Shown here: positions 10,701 through 23,138 of the stretch, one piece after another
Layout of the letters: every line of letters starts with the position of its first letter
Numbering within the stretch: position 1 is the stretch's first letter
Assembly: GCF_004010195.1 (NCBI RefSeq)
Contig: NW_025215186.1
Location: forward strand, 1-37,239
Origin: Chiloscyllium plagiosum
Taxonomy: Eukaryota
Length of the DNA stretch: 37,239 nt
Reading direction: 5' to 3'
Translations under genes and position numbers: made by a program
The notes under the pieces: model-generated
Told to the model about the DNA's origin: nothing
Seen by the model: the letters and a program-made list of their open reading frames with translations, nothing else
Database searches by the model: none

Positions 10701-13700
10701 TGACGGAGAGTGACGCAGAGTGTCAGAAGAGTCTCAGAGAGTTACAGAGAGTATCAGAGATTCACAGTGAATGTCAAAGAGTCACAGAGAGTTGCAGAGA
10801 GTGTCCGGGAGTCGCGGAGAGAGTCCAAGAATCACAGAGAGTGTCTACGAGTTAAAGACTGTCAGAGAGAGTCACAGAGTCTCAGAGAGAGTCACAAAGA
10901 GTGTTAGACAGTCACAGAAAGTCACAGAAATTGTCCTAGAGTGTCGGAGAGTGTCGGAGAGTCACTGAGAGTCACCGAGAGTGTCAAAGAGCCACAGAGC
11001 ATGTCACAGAGTGTCACAAAGAGTGTCGGAGAGTCACAGAGAATCACAGGTACTGTCAGAGAGTCAGAGAGAGTGTCGTAGAGCGTCCAAGAGTCACAGA
11101 GAATGTCAGACAGTAACAGAGAGTGTCAGAGAATCAGAGAGTGTTAGATAGTCATAGAGAGACACAGAGAGTGTCATACCGAGTCAGAGAGTTTCAGAGA
11201 GTCACAGAGTGTGTCTAAGAGTCAATGGGTTTCAGACAGAGTCACAGAGAGTGTCCAAGAGTGTCTCGGAGAGTGTCTCGGAGAGTGTCTCGGAGAGTGT
11301 CGGGGAGGTCAGAGAGTCACAGTGAGTGTCATAGAGTCGCCAAGAGTGTCAGAGAGTCACCGAGAGTGCCTAAGAGTCATGGAGTGTCCGATGGATTTAC
11401 AAAGAGTCACAGAGAGAGTCAGGGAGTGTCACAGAGAGTGTCGCACAGTCACAGAGAGTCACACACAGTGTCAGAGATACACAGAGAGTGTAACATACTC
11501 ATAGATCATGTTACAGAGTCACAGCCAGAATCGTAGAATCACAGAGAGAGTCAAAGAGCAAAAGAGAGTGTCGTTGAGTCACAGAGAGTGTCAGCCGGAG
11601 TGTAGGAGAGTGTCGAAGTGTCACAGAGAGGCCCAGAGAGTTTTACAGAGCGTTTCAGAGAGTCATAGAGACTATCAGAGAGAGTCACAGAGACCGACAG
11701 TATGAGTCATAGATGTCAGAGAGAGTCACAGATTGTGTCAGAGAGTGACGGAGAGTGACGGAGAGTGACGGAGAGTGACGGAGAGTCACGGAGAGTCACA
11801 GAGAGTCACAGAGAGTCTCAGAGAGTGTCAGAGAGTGTAGGAGAGTGTCAGAGAGTGTCTACGGGGAATCACAGAGAGTCACAGAGAGTGTCCGAGAATC
11901 ACAGAGAGTGTCTACGAGTTAAGGAGTGTCAGAGAGAATCACAGAGAGTCTCACAGAGAGTCACAAAGAGTGCCAGAGAGTCACGGAAAGTCACATAAAT
12001 TGTCAGAGAGTGTCCTAGTGTGTCGGAGAGTCACAGAGAGTGCCAGAGAGTGACAGAAAGCCAACAAGAGTATCAAAGAGACAGAGAGAGTGTCAGAGAT
12101 TGTCACAGAGAGTGGCAGAGAGTCACCGAGAGTGTACAAGAGCCATTGAGAGTGTCAGAGAGTGTCACAGAGTGTGTTGGAGAGTCGCAGAGAGTCACCG
12201 AGAGTCACAGATACTGTCAGAGAGAGCGTCGTAGAGCATCAAAGAGTCACAGAGAGTCACAGAGAGTCACAGAGAGTGTCAGAGTGTCAGAGTGTGTCAG
12301 AGAGTGTCAGAAAGTGTCAGAGAGTGTCAGACAGTGTCAAATAGTCATAGAGAGTCACAGAGAGTGTCAGACAGAGTCGTAGAGTGCTAGAGAGTCACAG
12401 AGAGTGTCTATGAACCAAGGAGTGTCAGACAGAGTCACAAAGACTCATAGAGAATGTTAGGGTGTGTCAGAGAGCGCGTCTCCAAGCTTGTCAGAGAGTA
12501 TCTCGGAGAGTGTCGGAGAGTATCGGGAGTCAGAGAGAGTGTCTGGGAATCACAGAAAATGTCAAAGAGTCACACATAGTCACAGAGAGCGTCAGTGAGG
12601 ATTAGAGAGGTTCAGAGAGTGTGAGAGAGAGTCACAGAGAGTGACAGAGAGAGTCACGGTGAGTGTCAGAGAGTCACAGAGAGTGTCGAAGAGTTGCAGA
12701 GAAGGTCAGAGAGAGTCACAATGATCCACAGAGTGCACCAGAGAGTGTCAACGTCTGTCAGAGAGTCAGAAACAGTGCAAGAGAGTTTCAAAGAGTCACT
12801 GGGAGTGTAAGAAAGTCACAGAGAGTGTCAGAAAGAGTCACAAGGAGTCAGAGAGAGCAAGAGACGCACACACAGTGTCTCAGAGAGTCTCAGAGAGTCT
12901 CAGAGTCACTGAGAGTGTCAAAGAGACACAGACAGTGTCCCAGAATCCCAGAGAGAGTCAGAGAGTCACAGACAATCACAGAGAGGGTCAGAGAGTGTCA
13001 GAGAGTGCCACAGAGAGTGCCACAGAGAGTGCCCTAGGGCATCGGACAGTGTCAGAGAGTCACAGTGATTATCAAAGAGTCTCAGAGAGTGTCGAAGTGG
13101 CACAGTCAGAAGATTCACAGAGTGTCAGAGTGTGTCAGAGAGTGTCAGAGAGACACAGAGTCACTGAGAGTGCCACAGAGAGTGTCAGAGTGTGTCCCAG
13201 AGTGTCTAAGAGAGTCACAGATAGTGTCAGAGACTCGCAGAGAGTTTTTAAGCATTCTAGAGTGTCACAGAGAGTGTCTAAGAGTCAATGAGTGTCAGAG
13301 AGAGTCAGAAAGAATCACAGAGAGTGTCCGAGAGTGTCTGTGAGATTCTCGGAGAGTATCAGAGTGTGTCAGAGAGTCACACAGAGTGTCAGAGAATGAC
13401 AGAGAGGGTCACAGAGTCATAGAGAGTCACAACGAGTGTCAGACAGAGTCAGAGAGTGCCAGAGAGTCACAGAGAGTGTCTAAGAGCCAAGGAGTTTCAG
13501 ACAGAGTCACAAAGAGTCACAGAGAGTGTTAGAGTGTGTCAGAGAGCGTCTTGGAGAGTGTTGGAGAGTGTCATAGAGTCACAGAGAATGTCAGAGAGTC
13601 ACAGAGAGTGACGGAGAGTATCGTAGAGTGTCTGAAGAGACCCAGAGAGTGTCAGAGATTCGCGGATAATTTCAAAGAGTCAGAGAGAGTCATAGAGAGT

Positions 13701-16700
13701 GTCTTAGAGTTAAGGAGTGTCAGAGAGAGTCACAGAGAGTGTTCGAGAGTGTCCGAGAGTGTCAGAGACTGTCTCGGAGAGTGTTGGAGAGTCACAGTGA
13801 GTGTCAGAGGGTCAAAAAGAGTGTCTAATAGGCAAGAAGTGTAAGAGAGAGTCACAAAGAGTCACAGAGAGTGTCTCGGAGCATGTCGGAGTGTCTCAGA
13901 GAGTCACAGGGAGTGTCAGAGAATCACAGAAAGTGTCAAATAGTCACAGAGAGTTACAGAGAGTATCAGAGAGTCACAGAGTGTCAGTAATTCACAGAGA
14001 GTCACAGAGAGTGTCAGAGAGTGCCAACGTCTGTCAGAGCCTCAGAGTCAGGGAGTCTCAGACAGAGTCACAGAGAATGTCACAGAGAGTGTCGCAGAGT
14101 GTGTCACAGAGTGTGTCAGAGTGTGTCAGAGAGAGTCAGAGTGTGTCAGAGAGAGTCACAGATTGTGTTGGACAGTGTCATAGAGCGTCAAAGAGTTACA
14201 GAGAGTCACACAAAGTGTCAGAGAGTCGCAGAGAATGTCAGAGAATTACAGAGAGGATCAAAGAGTCACAGAGAGTGTCAGAGAGTGTCGGAAAGTGTCG
14301 GAGAGTGTCGGAGAGTATCGGAGAGTGTCGGAGAGCGTCGGAGAATGTCAGAGAATGTCTCGGAGAGTGTGGGAGAGTGTCTGAAAGTGGTGGAGAGAGC
14401 CACAGTGTGTGTCAGAGGGACACAGAGTGTCTAAGATCCCAGGAGTGTAAGAGAGAGTCACATACAGTCACAGAGAGTGTGTCATAAAATGCCTCAGAGA
14501 GAGTCAGAGTACCTCGGAGTGTGCCAGAGAGTCACAGACAGTGTCAGAGAGGGTCAGAGTACCACAGAAAGTGTCAAAGAGTCAAAGAGAGTTACAGAGA
14601 GTATCAGAGAGTTACACAAAGAGTTTGAGAGAGTGTCAGAGATTCACAGTGAGTCACAGAGAGTGTCAGAGGGTGTCAGAGACTGCCACAGAGAGTGTCA
14701 AAGAGTCTCCTACAGTGTCGAAGAGTCTCCTACTGTGTCAGAGACTGTTGGACAGACTCAGGGAGTGTAAGAGAGATTGACAGAGAGTATCTATGAGTCG
14801 TAGAGAGCCAAAAGTGCGTGCCAGAGAGTCACAGAGAGTGTCTAAGAGTCAAGGAGTGTCAGAGAGAGTCACAGCGATTTCTCAAGAGTGTCTTGGAGAG
14901 TGTCAGAGTGTGTCGGAGAGTAACAGTGAGTGTCAGAGTCCCAGAGAGTGATTGAGAGTCACAGAGAGTGTCTAAGTGTCAAGGAGTGTCAGAGAGGGGC
15001 ACAAAGAGTCACAGAGAGTCTCCCAGAGTGTCAGAGAACCACAGAGACTTTCAAAGAGTCTAATAGTGTCAAAGAGAGTCACCAAGAGGGTCAGAGAGTG
15101 TCAGTGAGTGTTGGAGATTCACAGAGAGTTGCAGCGAGTATCAGACAGTGTCACAAACAGTCGCAGAGAGTGTCCGAGAGTGTCGGTGAGTCACAGATAG
15201 AGTCAGAGTGTACAGAAAATGTCAGAGAGTCAAAAGGTGTGCCTAAGAGTCAAGGAGAGTGTTGGAGAGTCACAGCGACTGTCAGGGTGTCAGACAGAGT
15301 GTCAGAGAATTACAGAGATTGTCAAAGAGTCAAAAAGAGTCACAGAGAGTGTCTGTGAGGGTCAGTGCGTTTCAGAGAGTGTCAGGTTGAGTCACACGGT
15401 GGGTCGGAGAAAGACACAGAGAGTGTGAAAGAGTCACAGAGTGTGTCTAAGAGTCAAGGAGTGGCAGAGAGAGTGACAAACAGTGTCCGAGAGTGTCTGA
15501 GAGTGTCCGAGAGTGACTTGGAGAGTGTTGGAGAGTCACAGAGAGTGTCACAGAGTTCCAGAAAATGTCAGAGGGTCACAGAGAGTCACCGAGAGTCACA
15601 GATAATGCCAAAGTGTCAAAGAGAGTGTCAGAATGTGTCGTAGAGCATCAAAGAATTGCAAAGTGTCACAGTGAGTGTCCGACAGTCATGGAGAGTGTCA
15701 GAGAATCACAGAGAGTGTCAAAGAGTCATAGAGAGTCACAGAGTTTGTCAGACAGAGTCAGAGAGTTCCAGAGAGTCACAGTGAGTGTCTAAGAGTCAAG
15801 GAGTGCCAGACAGAGTCACAAAGAGTCACAGAGTGCTAGATAGTTTCAGAGAGTGTCTCGGAGAATGTCGGAGAGTGTCGGAGAGTCACAGAGAGTGTCA
15901 GAGATTCACAGATAATGTCAAAGAATCACAGAGAGCGTCAGAGAGTCACACAGAGTGTCAACGAATCACAGAGTCTCACAAAGAATCAAAAAGAATCAAA
16001 ACAAGAGTCACAGAGAGTCACAGAGAGTCACAGAGAGTCACAGATTGTGTCCAAGGGTGTCAGAAAGTGTCTCGGAGTGTGTTGGAGCGTGTCAGAGAGT
16101 CACAAAGACTATCACAGAGATTCACAATGCATCACATAGATTGTCAGAGATACACAGAAGTCACAATGAGTCACAGAGAGGGTCGGAGAGTGTGTATCAT
16201 TGAGTCACAGACAATGCCGCAGCGAGTGTTGGAGGGAATGTTGGAGGGTGTCGGAGAGAGTCACAGAGAGAGTCTCAGTGAGTGTCAGAGAATCACAGAG
16301 ACTGTCTAATAGTCACAGAGAGTCACACAGAATACCAGAGAGTCACATTGTGTGTCAAAGATTCGCAGTGTTTCAGACAGAGTCACAAAGTGTGTCAGAG
16401 ATACACAGAGAGTCACAGGGAATGTCAGAGAATGTCGAAGAGTATCACAGAGAGGGTCAGAGAGCGTCCTAGAGTGTAGGAGAGTGTCGAAGAACCGCAG
16501 GGAGTTTAAGAGTGTCACAGAGTGTGTCAAAGAGTCTCAGAGTTTGTCAGAGAGTCACAGAGAGCGTCGAAGGGTTAAGGAGTGTCAGATAGAGTCACAA
16601 AGAGTGCCAGAGAGTGTCCGAGGGTGTCGGAGAGTCTATGAGAGTTAAGAGAATCACAGAGAGTGTCAGACAGCCACGAAGAGTGTCGGAGCATGGCAGA

Positions 16701-19700
16701 GAGTGTCAAAGAGTCATAGAGAATGTCAGATGGAGTCAGAGAGTGCCAGAGAGTCACAGAAAGTCTAAGAGTCTTAGAGTGTCAGACAGAGTCACAAAGC
16801 GTGTTAGGGAGTGTCAGACAGTGTCTCGGAGAGTGTCGGAGAGTGTCAGAGAATCACATAAAATGTCAAAGAGTCACAAAGAGACACAGAGAGTGTCAGT
16901 GAGGATCAGAGAGTTTCAGAGAGTGTGAGAGAGAGTCACAAAGAGAGACAGAGTGTGTCAGAGAGTGCCTCCGAGAGTGTCAGAGAGTCACACAGAGTGG
17001 AAAAGAGTCACAGAGTCTCAGAGAGAGCAACAAAGTGTGTCAGAGAGTGCCAGAGAGAGCAACACAGTGTGTCAGAGAGTGCCAGAGAGTCACAGAGAGT
17101 GTCTGAGAATGTCTCGGAGAGTGTCGGAGCATGTCGGAGAGTCACAGAGAGTGTTAGAGGTTCACAGAAAGTACCTAAGCGTCAAGGAGAGTCAGGGCGA
17201 GTCACAAAGAGTCACAGAGTGTCAGAGAGCGTCTCGGAGAGTGTCGGAGAGTAACAGAGAGTCTCAGAGAGTCAGCAAGAGTGTTGGAGAGTCAGAGAGT
17301 CACAGAGAGTGTCAAAGAGTCACAGAGAGTGTCAAAGAGTCAGAGAATGTCAAAGAGTCAGAGAATGTCAAAGAGTCACAGAGAGTCAGAGAGAGTCACA
17401 AAGAGAGTCGGTGAGTGCCATAGAGTGTCAGAAAGTCACAGAGAATCACAGGTAGTGTCCGAGAGTGTCAGAGAGTATATCACGGAGTGTCGGAGCGTGT
17501 GGGAGAGTCACAGAGCGTGTTGGAGAATCACAGAGAGTGTCAGAGAGTCACAGAGAGTGTCTACGAATCATGGTTTGTCAGACAGAGTCACAAAGAGTCA
17601 CAGAGATTGACAGAAAGTGTCCAAGAGTGTCTCAGAGAGTGTCGGAGAGTCACAGAGAGTGTTAGAGAGTCACCGAGTGTGTCAGAGAATTGCGGAGAGT
17701 GTCAAAGAGCCACAGTGAATCACAGTGAGTATCAGAGAGTCACAGAGAGTGTCAAAGAGTCACAGAGTGTCAGAAAAAGTCACAAAGATTCACAGCGAGT
17801 GTTAGAGAGTGTCAGCGAGTGTCTTGGAGAGTGTTGGAGAGTCACAGAGAGTGTCAGAGAATCAGAGAGATTGTCAAAGAGTCACCGAGAGTTTCAGAGA
17901 GTCACAGAGTGTCTAAGAGTGACAGTGTCTCAGAAGGATTCACAAAGAGAGTCAGAGAGTACCAGAGAATGTCAGAGTCGCAAAGAGCCACAGGTAGTGT
18001 CCAAGAGTGTCAGAGAATGTCTCGGAGCGGGTCAGAACATGTCAGAGAGTCACACAGAGTGTCAGAGAGTCGCACAGAGGGTCACAGAGAGTGCCTAAGT
18101 GTCAAGGAATGGCAGGCAGAGTGACAGAGAGTGTCTCGGAGAGTGTGGGAGAGTCACAGAGAGTCACCAAGAGTGTCGGAGAATCTCAGAGAGTGTCAAA
18201 GAGTCACAGAGTGTCAGAGTGTTGCAAAGAGTGCCAGAGAGTGTCAGTGAGTCACAGAGAGTGTCGAAGAGCCATAGAGAGTGTCAGAGAATGTCACAGG
18301 GAGTCACAGAGAGTGTCAGCGAATGTCACGAAGAGACACACAGAGTGTCAGAGAGTGTCATAGAGTCACAGAGATTGTGAAAGAATCTCAGAGTGTCAAA
18401 GTGTTGCAGTGTATGTCAGAGCGTGTAGACGAGTCTTAGAGTGTGTCGGAGAGTCACAGAGAGTGTCAAAGAGTCATAGAGAGTCGCAAAGAGTTTCATA
18501 CAGATCCAGAGTTCCAGAGAGTCACAAAGAGTGTCAAAGAGTCAGAGAGAGTGGTCAGAGAGTGGTCAGAGAGTGGTCAGAGAGTGCCGCAGAGAGTGCC
18601 GCAGGGAGTGTCGGAAATTGTCCTAGAGTGTCGGACAGTGTCAGAGAGTATTCACAGAGAATGTTAAAGAGTCACAGAGAATGTCAGAGAGTCACAGAAT
18701 GCCAGAGAGATTCACAAAGAGTATTGGAGAATTCACCTGGACAGTCTCAGATTCCTCCCTCCCCTTCCTCGACCTTTCTACCGCCTCGTGCTCCTACGAG
18801 GAGGTTGAACAGTTCATCCACTTCACCAACACCTTCCACCCCGACCTCAAATTCACCTGGACAGACTCAGATTCCTCCCTCCCCTTCCTCAACCTTTCTA
18901 TGGGAATAACTAAGTGTCAAGGAGAGTCAGTGAGAGTCACAAACAGTCACAGAGCGCGCATGAGCGTGTCGGTGAGTCACAGATAGTGTCCAAGAGTCCC
19001 CAAAAATGTCAGAGAGTCACAAAGAGTGCCGAAGAGTCAAGGAGTGTCAGACAGATTCACAGAGAGTGTCACCGAGAGTGTTGGAGTGTCTCCAAGAGAC
19101 TCAGATACTGTCAGAGTGTGTCAGAGAGAGTCTCTGAGAGTGTCAAAAAGAGTCTCGGAGAGAGTTGGAGATTCACAGAGACTGTCAGAGAGTCAGAGAG
19201 AGTGTCAGATAATTACAGAGATTGTCAAAGAGTCACAAAGAGTCACAGAGAGTGTCCGTGAGGGTCATAGAGTTTCAAAGAGTGTCAGGTAGAGTCACAG
19301 GGTGGGTCGGACAGAGTCACAGAGAGTATGAAAGAGTCACAGAGTGTGTCGAAGTGTCAAGGAGTGTCAGAGAGTCGCAAACAGTGTCAGTGAGTCTCCG
19401 AGAGTGTCAGAGAGTGTCGCAGAGAGTGTTGGAGAGTCGCAGAGAGTGCCACAGTGTCCCAGAAAGCGTCAGAGAGTCACAGATAATGTCAGAGAGTCAC
19501 AGAGTGTAGAAGAGAGTCCTAGACTGTCTAAGAGTCGCAGAGAGTCACAGGGAGTGTCCGACAATCACAGTGATTGCGAGAGAGTCACAGAGAGTGTCTA
19601 AGAGTCAATGAGTGTGAGACAGAGTCACGGAGAGTGTTAGAGATTGTCAGAGAGTGTCTGGGAGAATGTCAGAGAATGTCAGAGAATCACGGAGAGTGTC

Positions 19701-20526
19701 AGAGATTCACAGAGAATGTCAAAGAGTCACAGAGTGTCAGAGAGATTCACAAAGAGTGTCAGAGAGTGCCAGAGAGTCACAGAGAGTGTCTAAGTGTCAA
19801 GGGGTGTCAGTGAGAGTCACAAACAGTCACAGAGAGTGTCAGAGAGTGTCGGAGAGTCACAGATAGTGTCCGAGAGTCCCCGAAAATGTCAGAAAGTCAC
19901 AAAGAGTACCTAAGAGTCAAGGAGTGTCAGAGTCACAAAGAGTCACAGAGAGTGTCACCGAGAAGGTTGAAGAGTCGCAGAGAGTCACCGGGTGTCACGA
20001 TACTGTCAGAGTGTGTCTCCGAAAGTGTCAGAGATAGTCTCGGACAGGGATGGAGAGTCACGGAGACTGTCAGAGAATCAGAGAGAGTGTCAGACAATTA
20101 CAGAGATTATCAAAGAGTCACAGAGAGTGTCCATGAGGGTCAGAGAGTTTCAAAGAGTGTCAAGTAGAGTCACAGGGTGGGTCGGATTGAGTCACAGCGA
20201 GTGTGAAAGAGTCACAGGGTGTGTCTAAGAGTCAAGGAGTGTCAGAGAGAGTCAGAAACAGAGACAGTGTGTCCGAGAGTGTCATGCAGTGTCTCAGAGT
20301 GTCGGAGAGTCACAGAGAGTGTCACAGGGTCCCCGAAAGTTTCAGAGAGTCACAGGTAATGTCAGAGAGTCACAGAGTCGCAGTGAGGCACAGAGAGCGT
20401 CCGAGAGTCTCAGAGTGTCAGAGAATCACAGAGTGTCAAAGGGCCATAGAGAGTCACAGAGAGCGTCAGACAAAGTCAAAGAGTTCCAGAGAATCACAGA
20501 GAGTGTCTAAGAGTTCAAGAGTGTGT
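4748..20526 (+). repeat. ~15.8-kb degenerate satellite built on 10-bp units CACAGAGAGT / GTCAGAGAGT with 8- and 12-bp variants
   Basis: Continuous AGAGT-anchored units, purine-rich + strand, longer blocks re-used at several positions; only one clear non-satellite insert (18730-18900). Confidence 0.97.
18730..18900 (+). mobile_element. Penelope-like RT fragment, 1.4 tandem copies of a 120-bp piece, inside the satellite
   Basis: Translates FTWTVSDSSLPFLDLS-TASCSYEEVEQFIHFTNTFHPDLKFTWTDSDSSLPFLNLS, the PLE RT region after YIDD (compare NKFHPTIKLT at ~32135). 18730-18780 equals 18850-18900 with 2 mismatches. Confidence 0.85.
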
Positions 20527-20744
20527 ACACGGTTTGTGAGTTAACTTACTGCAGCAAAAGTCCTCAACGGAGGATTTGGGAATATTTCACGTAGTATGGT
20601 CAGTGGGGGCAAAAGTAAGCAAGTCCTTCTGTTCTGCAATGTTTCACAATGCTACCTTTCCGGTGAACAGTCGAACAGACTAAATTATTGCGAAACAGAG
20701 ACGGACGGCAAGCCGGTGTCTGCAACATACCATATTGGTTTGCA

Positions 20745-21310
20745 CCACTTGGAAACAGACTCTTCGTCCATGCTGACCGCATAGCCTCAATTAAACAAGT
20801 CCCACTTACCAGCATTTGGTCCTATTGCTCTAAGAAGAAGAAGGGCTTATGCCCGAAACGTCGATTCTCCTGTTCCCTGGATGCTGCCTGACCTGCTGCG
20901 CTTTTCCAGCAACACATTTTCAGCTCTGATTTCCAGCATCTGCAGACCTCACTTTCTCCTATTGTTCTAAAGCCTTCCTATCCAGTCACTCATCCAGGTG
21001 CCTCCGCTACTTCCTCTGGGAGCTCATTCCAATCACGGATAACCTTCCGAGTGGGAAATGTGTGTCTGCTCCCTTTCAAATTTTAGCCTTCTCACCTTAA
21101 ATCTATATTCTCTAGTTTTCAACTCGCCCTATCTTTTGCGGAAACAAACCCTTGAATATTAAGTTCATCTATCTCCCTCATGTCTTCATAAACCTTCGAT
21201 GAGCTCATACCTCAGCCACTAACGCTGCTGGGAAAACTGTCCCAGCATATTCAGCCTCGCCCTACAGTTCAAACCTCGCAACCCGGACAACTTGTTTGTT
21301 TATATGTTAT
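20745..21310 (-). mobile_element. CR1-type LINE 3' fragment interrupted by a solo PLE pLTR
   Basis: GGAAACAGACTCTTCGTCCATGCTGACC...CCCACTTACCAGCATTTGG and CTTCCTCTGGGAGCTCATTCCA, paralleling 24255-24460. Confidence 0.7.
20834..20956 (+). mobile_element. Solo PLE family A pLTR piece with 14-bp target-site duplication
   Basis: GAAGAAGGGCTTATGCCCGAAACGTCG...CTCACTTTC flanked by TCCTATTGCTCTAA (20820-20833) and TCCTATTGTTCTAA (20957-20970). Confidence 0.85.
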
Positions 21311-21457
21311 AAGCAATTTCAGGTAATTTTCTCAATTTTTCAATGATCCTAATTATGCTGGACATCATCGAGCTACTGGAAACAGAAAGATGAAGCGTTG
21401 AACGGCTGCAAATTTCAGTGCTGGACGACTCTGAGTAGCTGCTCGGCGTGGGGCGTC

Positions 21458-21541
21458 GTTTTTTGGGGGTGGTGGTGGTGTACAGGTTATCGTATTCACT
21501 TCAGGCGCGAAAGATCCCCGGTTCGCAACCAGACAGGAACA
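21458..21541 (+). pseudogene. tRNA-Val pseudogene (probably CAC-derived; anticodon position now CAG)
   Basis: 21481-21541 aligns without gaps to vertebrate tRNA-Val (GGTTATC...CGCGAAAGATCCCCGGTTCGCAACC...GGAACA); the 5' acceptor strand is disrupted by a T/G/GGT expansion. Confidence 0.8.
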
Positions 21542-21767
21542 GCATTGATCTCGAAGGCAGTACTTTGGATTGGCGTGAACTGACCTTTTTTGCTCGCTAC
21601 TCTCATCAGCAAACCTGGCTTTGAATTTGCTTTAGTGAAAAGGAATGCAATTCCATTTAATTACTGTGTGAAACATTGTGAAGTTCTTCTCCTCTCTGGT
21701 TCTGAATGTGCGCAGCGTGTCGAAGCGTGTCGTTACTGTTATCTGATCCTTCCGCTAAAAGCAGTAC

Positions 21768-21819
21768 AGCATTTGGCTTCATTGCGCAGGCATCCCGGTT
21801 CAAAGCCAAGGAGAAAGCT
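21768..21819 (+). pseudogene. Possible second, more decayed tRNA-Val-like 3' half
   Basis: GCGCAGGCATCCCGGTTCAAAGCCAAGGAGAAAG parallels GCGAAAGGTCCCCGGTTCGAAACCGGGCGGAAAC; B-box-like GGTTCAAAGCC. Confidence 0.35.
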
Positions 21820-22535
21820 GATGTGCTAGTGTCACTGGGCACACCGGATTCCAGACGTATACTCTTTGTCAAATGTTTCCCAAAGTAGTCATTTCCAAGG
21901 TGGCTGCCGTTTTCCAAGGTGCGACCATCAACACCAGAAGTCTTGAATCATGTTTTGGAGTAGTTAGCGTGTTAATAGATGATTCCATCAGCAACAGGAA
22001 TGAATGAGTTTGCAGTCTCAGATGAATCTCTGGACTTGTGCTGTCATAGAGCCACTAATATTAACGTGTGCCCCGAAATCTAAGCCATGTTGGTACTGAA
22101 ACTGAGGAAATGAGAGACACTGGCTATTGAATGACAGCGTATCCATTTGGTTTTCTTTAAATAATAGATGAGCAGGAAAATGTAAACGGGGTGGGGGCAG
22201 GGGGATAACACAGCGAGGCGCATGCAGTTCTGGTGAAACCTCTTCTGTCTGATTCAGTCAGCCACAAGTGACGTGAAGGTCACATGCGGGAGAGCTTTTC
22301 ACATCGAGACACTAGAACCCTCACATACAGTTAGCACCACTTTGACATCTCGGGGGAGTTGGGCTCGGGAGGATCGCCTTTTGCCTTGTGTTGAGAAACT
22401 GCCTTTTGTGCATCGGTATTAAGCAGCATGGTATTTAGTAAAATTTCCCGAGTCGCTCCTCGCTGGTTGCCACACAGGTTTCCATCTCAGATGGCAGCCA
22501 TGTGGCTCACGTTCAGGTGTGGGAAGCTCTGCAGA

Positions 22536-22690
22536 AAATTGAACGTTGAAGGTGAAAGACAAGTAAAGTGACAACTGGTACCGGCACTGACGTTCGAATA
22601 ACCTCGCAATGTGAGCTGTCTTTCTCGGATTCTAATGCTAACTCAGCGTTTCAGGTGGAGAACATTCTTTGGGGCGCTTATTCTGCAAAA
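22536..22690 (+). repeat. ~155-bp direct repeat, copy 1
   Basis: AAGGTGAAAGACAAG...CTCGCAATGTGA...TTCTCGGATTCTAATGCTAA...TTCAGGTGGAGAACATTCTTTGGG...TTCTGCAAAA, repeated at 23917-24071. Confidence 0.9.
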
Positions 22691-23138
22691 CATACGAGGT
22701 AACTGTGACTATGCACCACGATATTATCTGGATTACGGCCTGCTCAGCTTTGTGCAATTTCCCTGTAGTCCGGTGTTTTTCACGTTGTGTGTAATCCTGA
22801 AATGTTGTTCTGCTTCGAGCAATGGGCAAAACTATTTAACAAATCAATAATCCTCATTCCCGTGATATTGTTCAGCTCATGGTTGCTTTGTCGAATCATA
22901 ACCGAATATAGATTCTCCCACACACACACATTACACTTGTAGCTCAAGCGAATCTCAGATAATGGATTTTTTGTGTGGATTGAAGGGCTATCATAATCTG
23001 CTGTGAAATAGATATTGCAGCCGGGCATATCCCTGCAGCGATGCGAGCAGGATCGGGATGGCAGAAACTGTAAGTTTACTTGTGTTGTTTTGCAGGTGTA
23101 CCGTTGAATATATACGAAAAGGGGCGCGTGGGGCGTCT

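Noticed and set aside
4524..20544. Over a hundred overlapping ORFs encoding S/Q/R/V/E/C/H-rich repeats
   Set aside because: They appear in all three + frames because the satellite unit lacks stop codons; no frame is preserved and stops are scattered.
1697..20924. Near-identical 88-bp inverted repeats (1697-1784 and 20837-20924) flanking the satellite like the TIRs of a giant transposon
   Set aside because: Both are PLE pLTR copies. The right one has its own 14-bp TSD inside a CR1 and the left is joined to an RT fragment, so they are independent insertions.
21469..21541. Functional tRNA with a switched anticodon (Val body with CAG; likewise Leu body with ATG at 23139-23219)
   Set aside because: The acceptor stem or B box is disrupted and there are many substitutions, which fits neutral decay.
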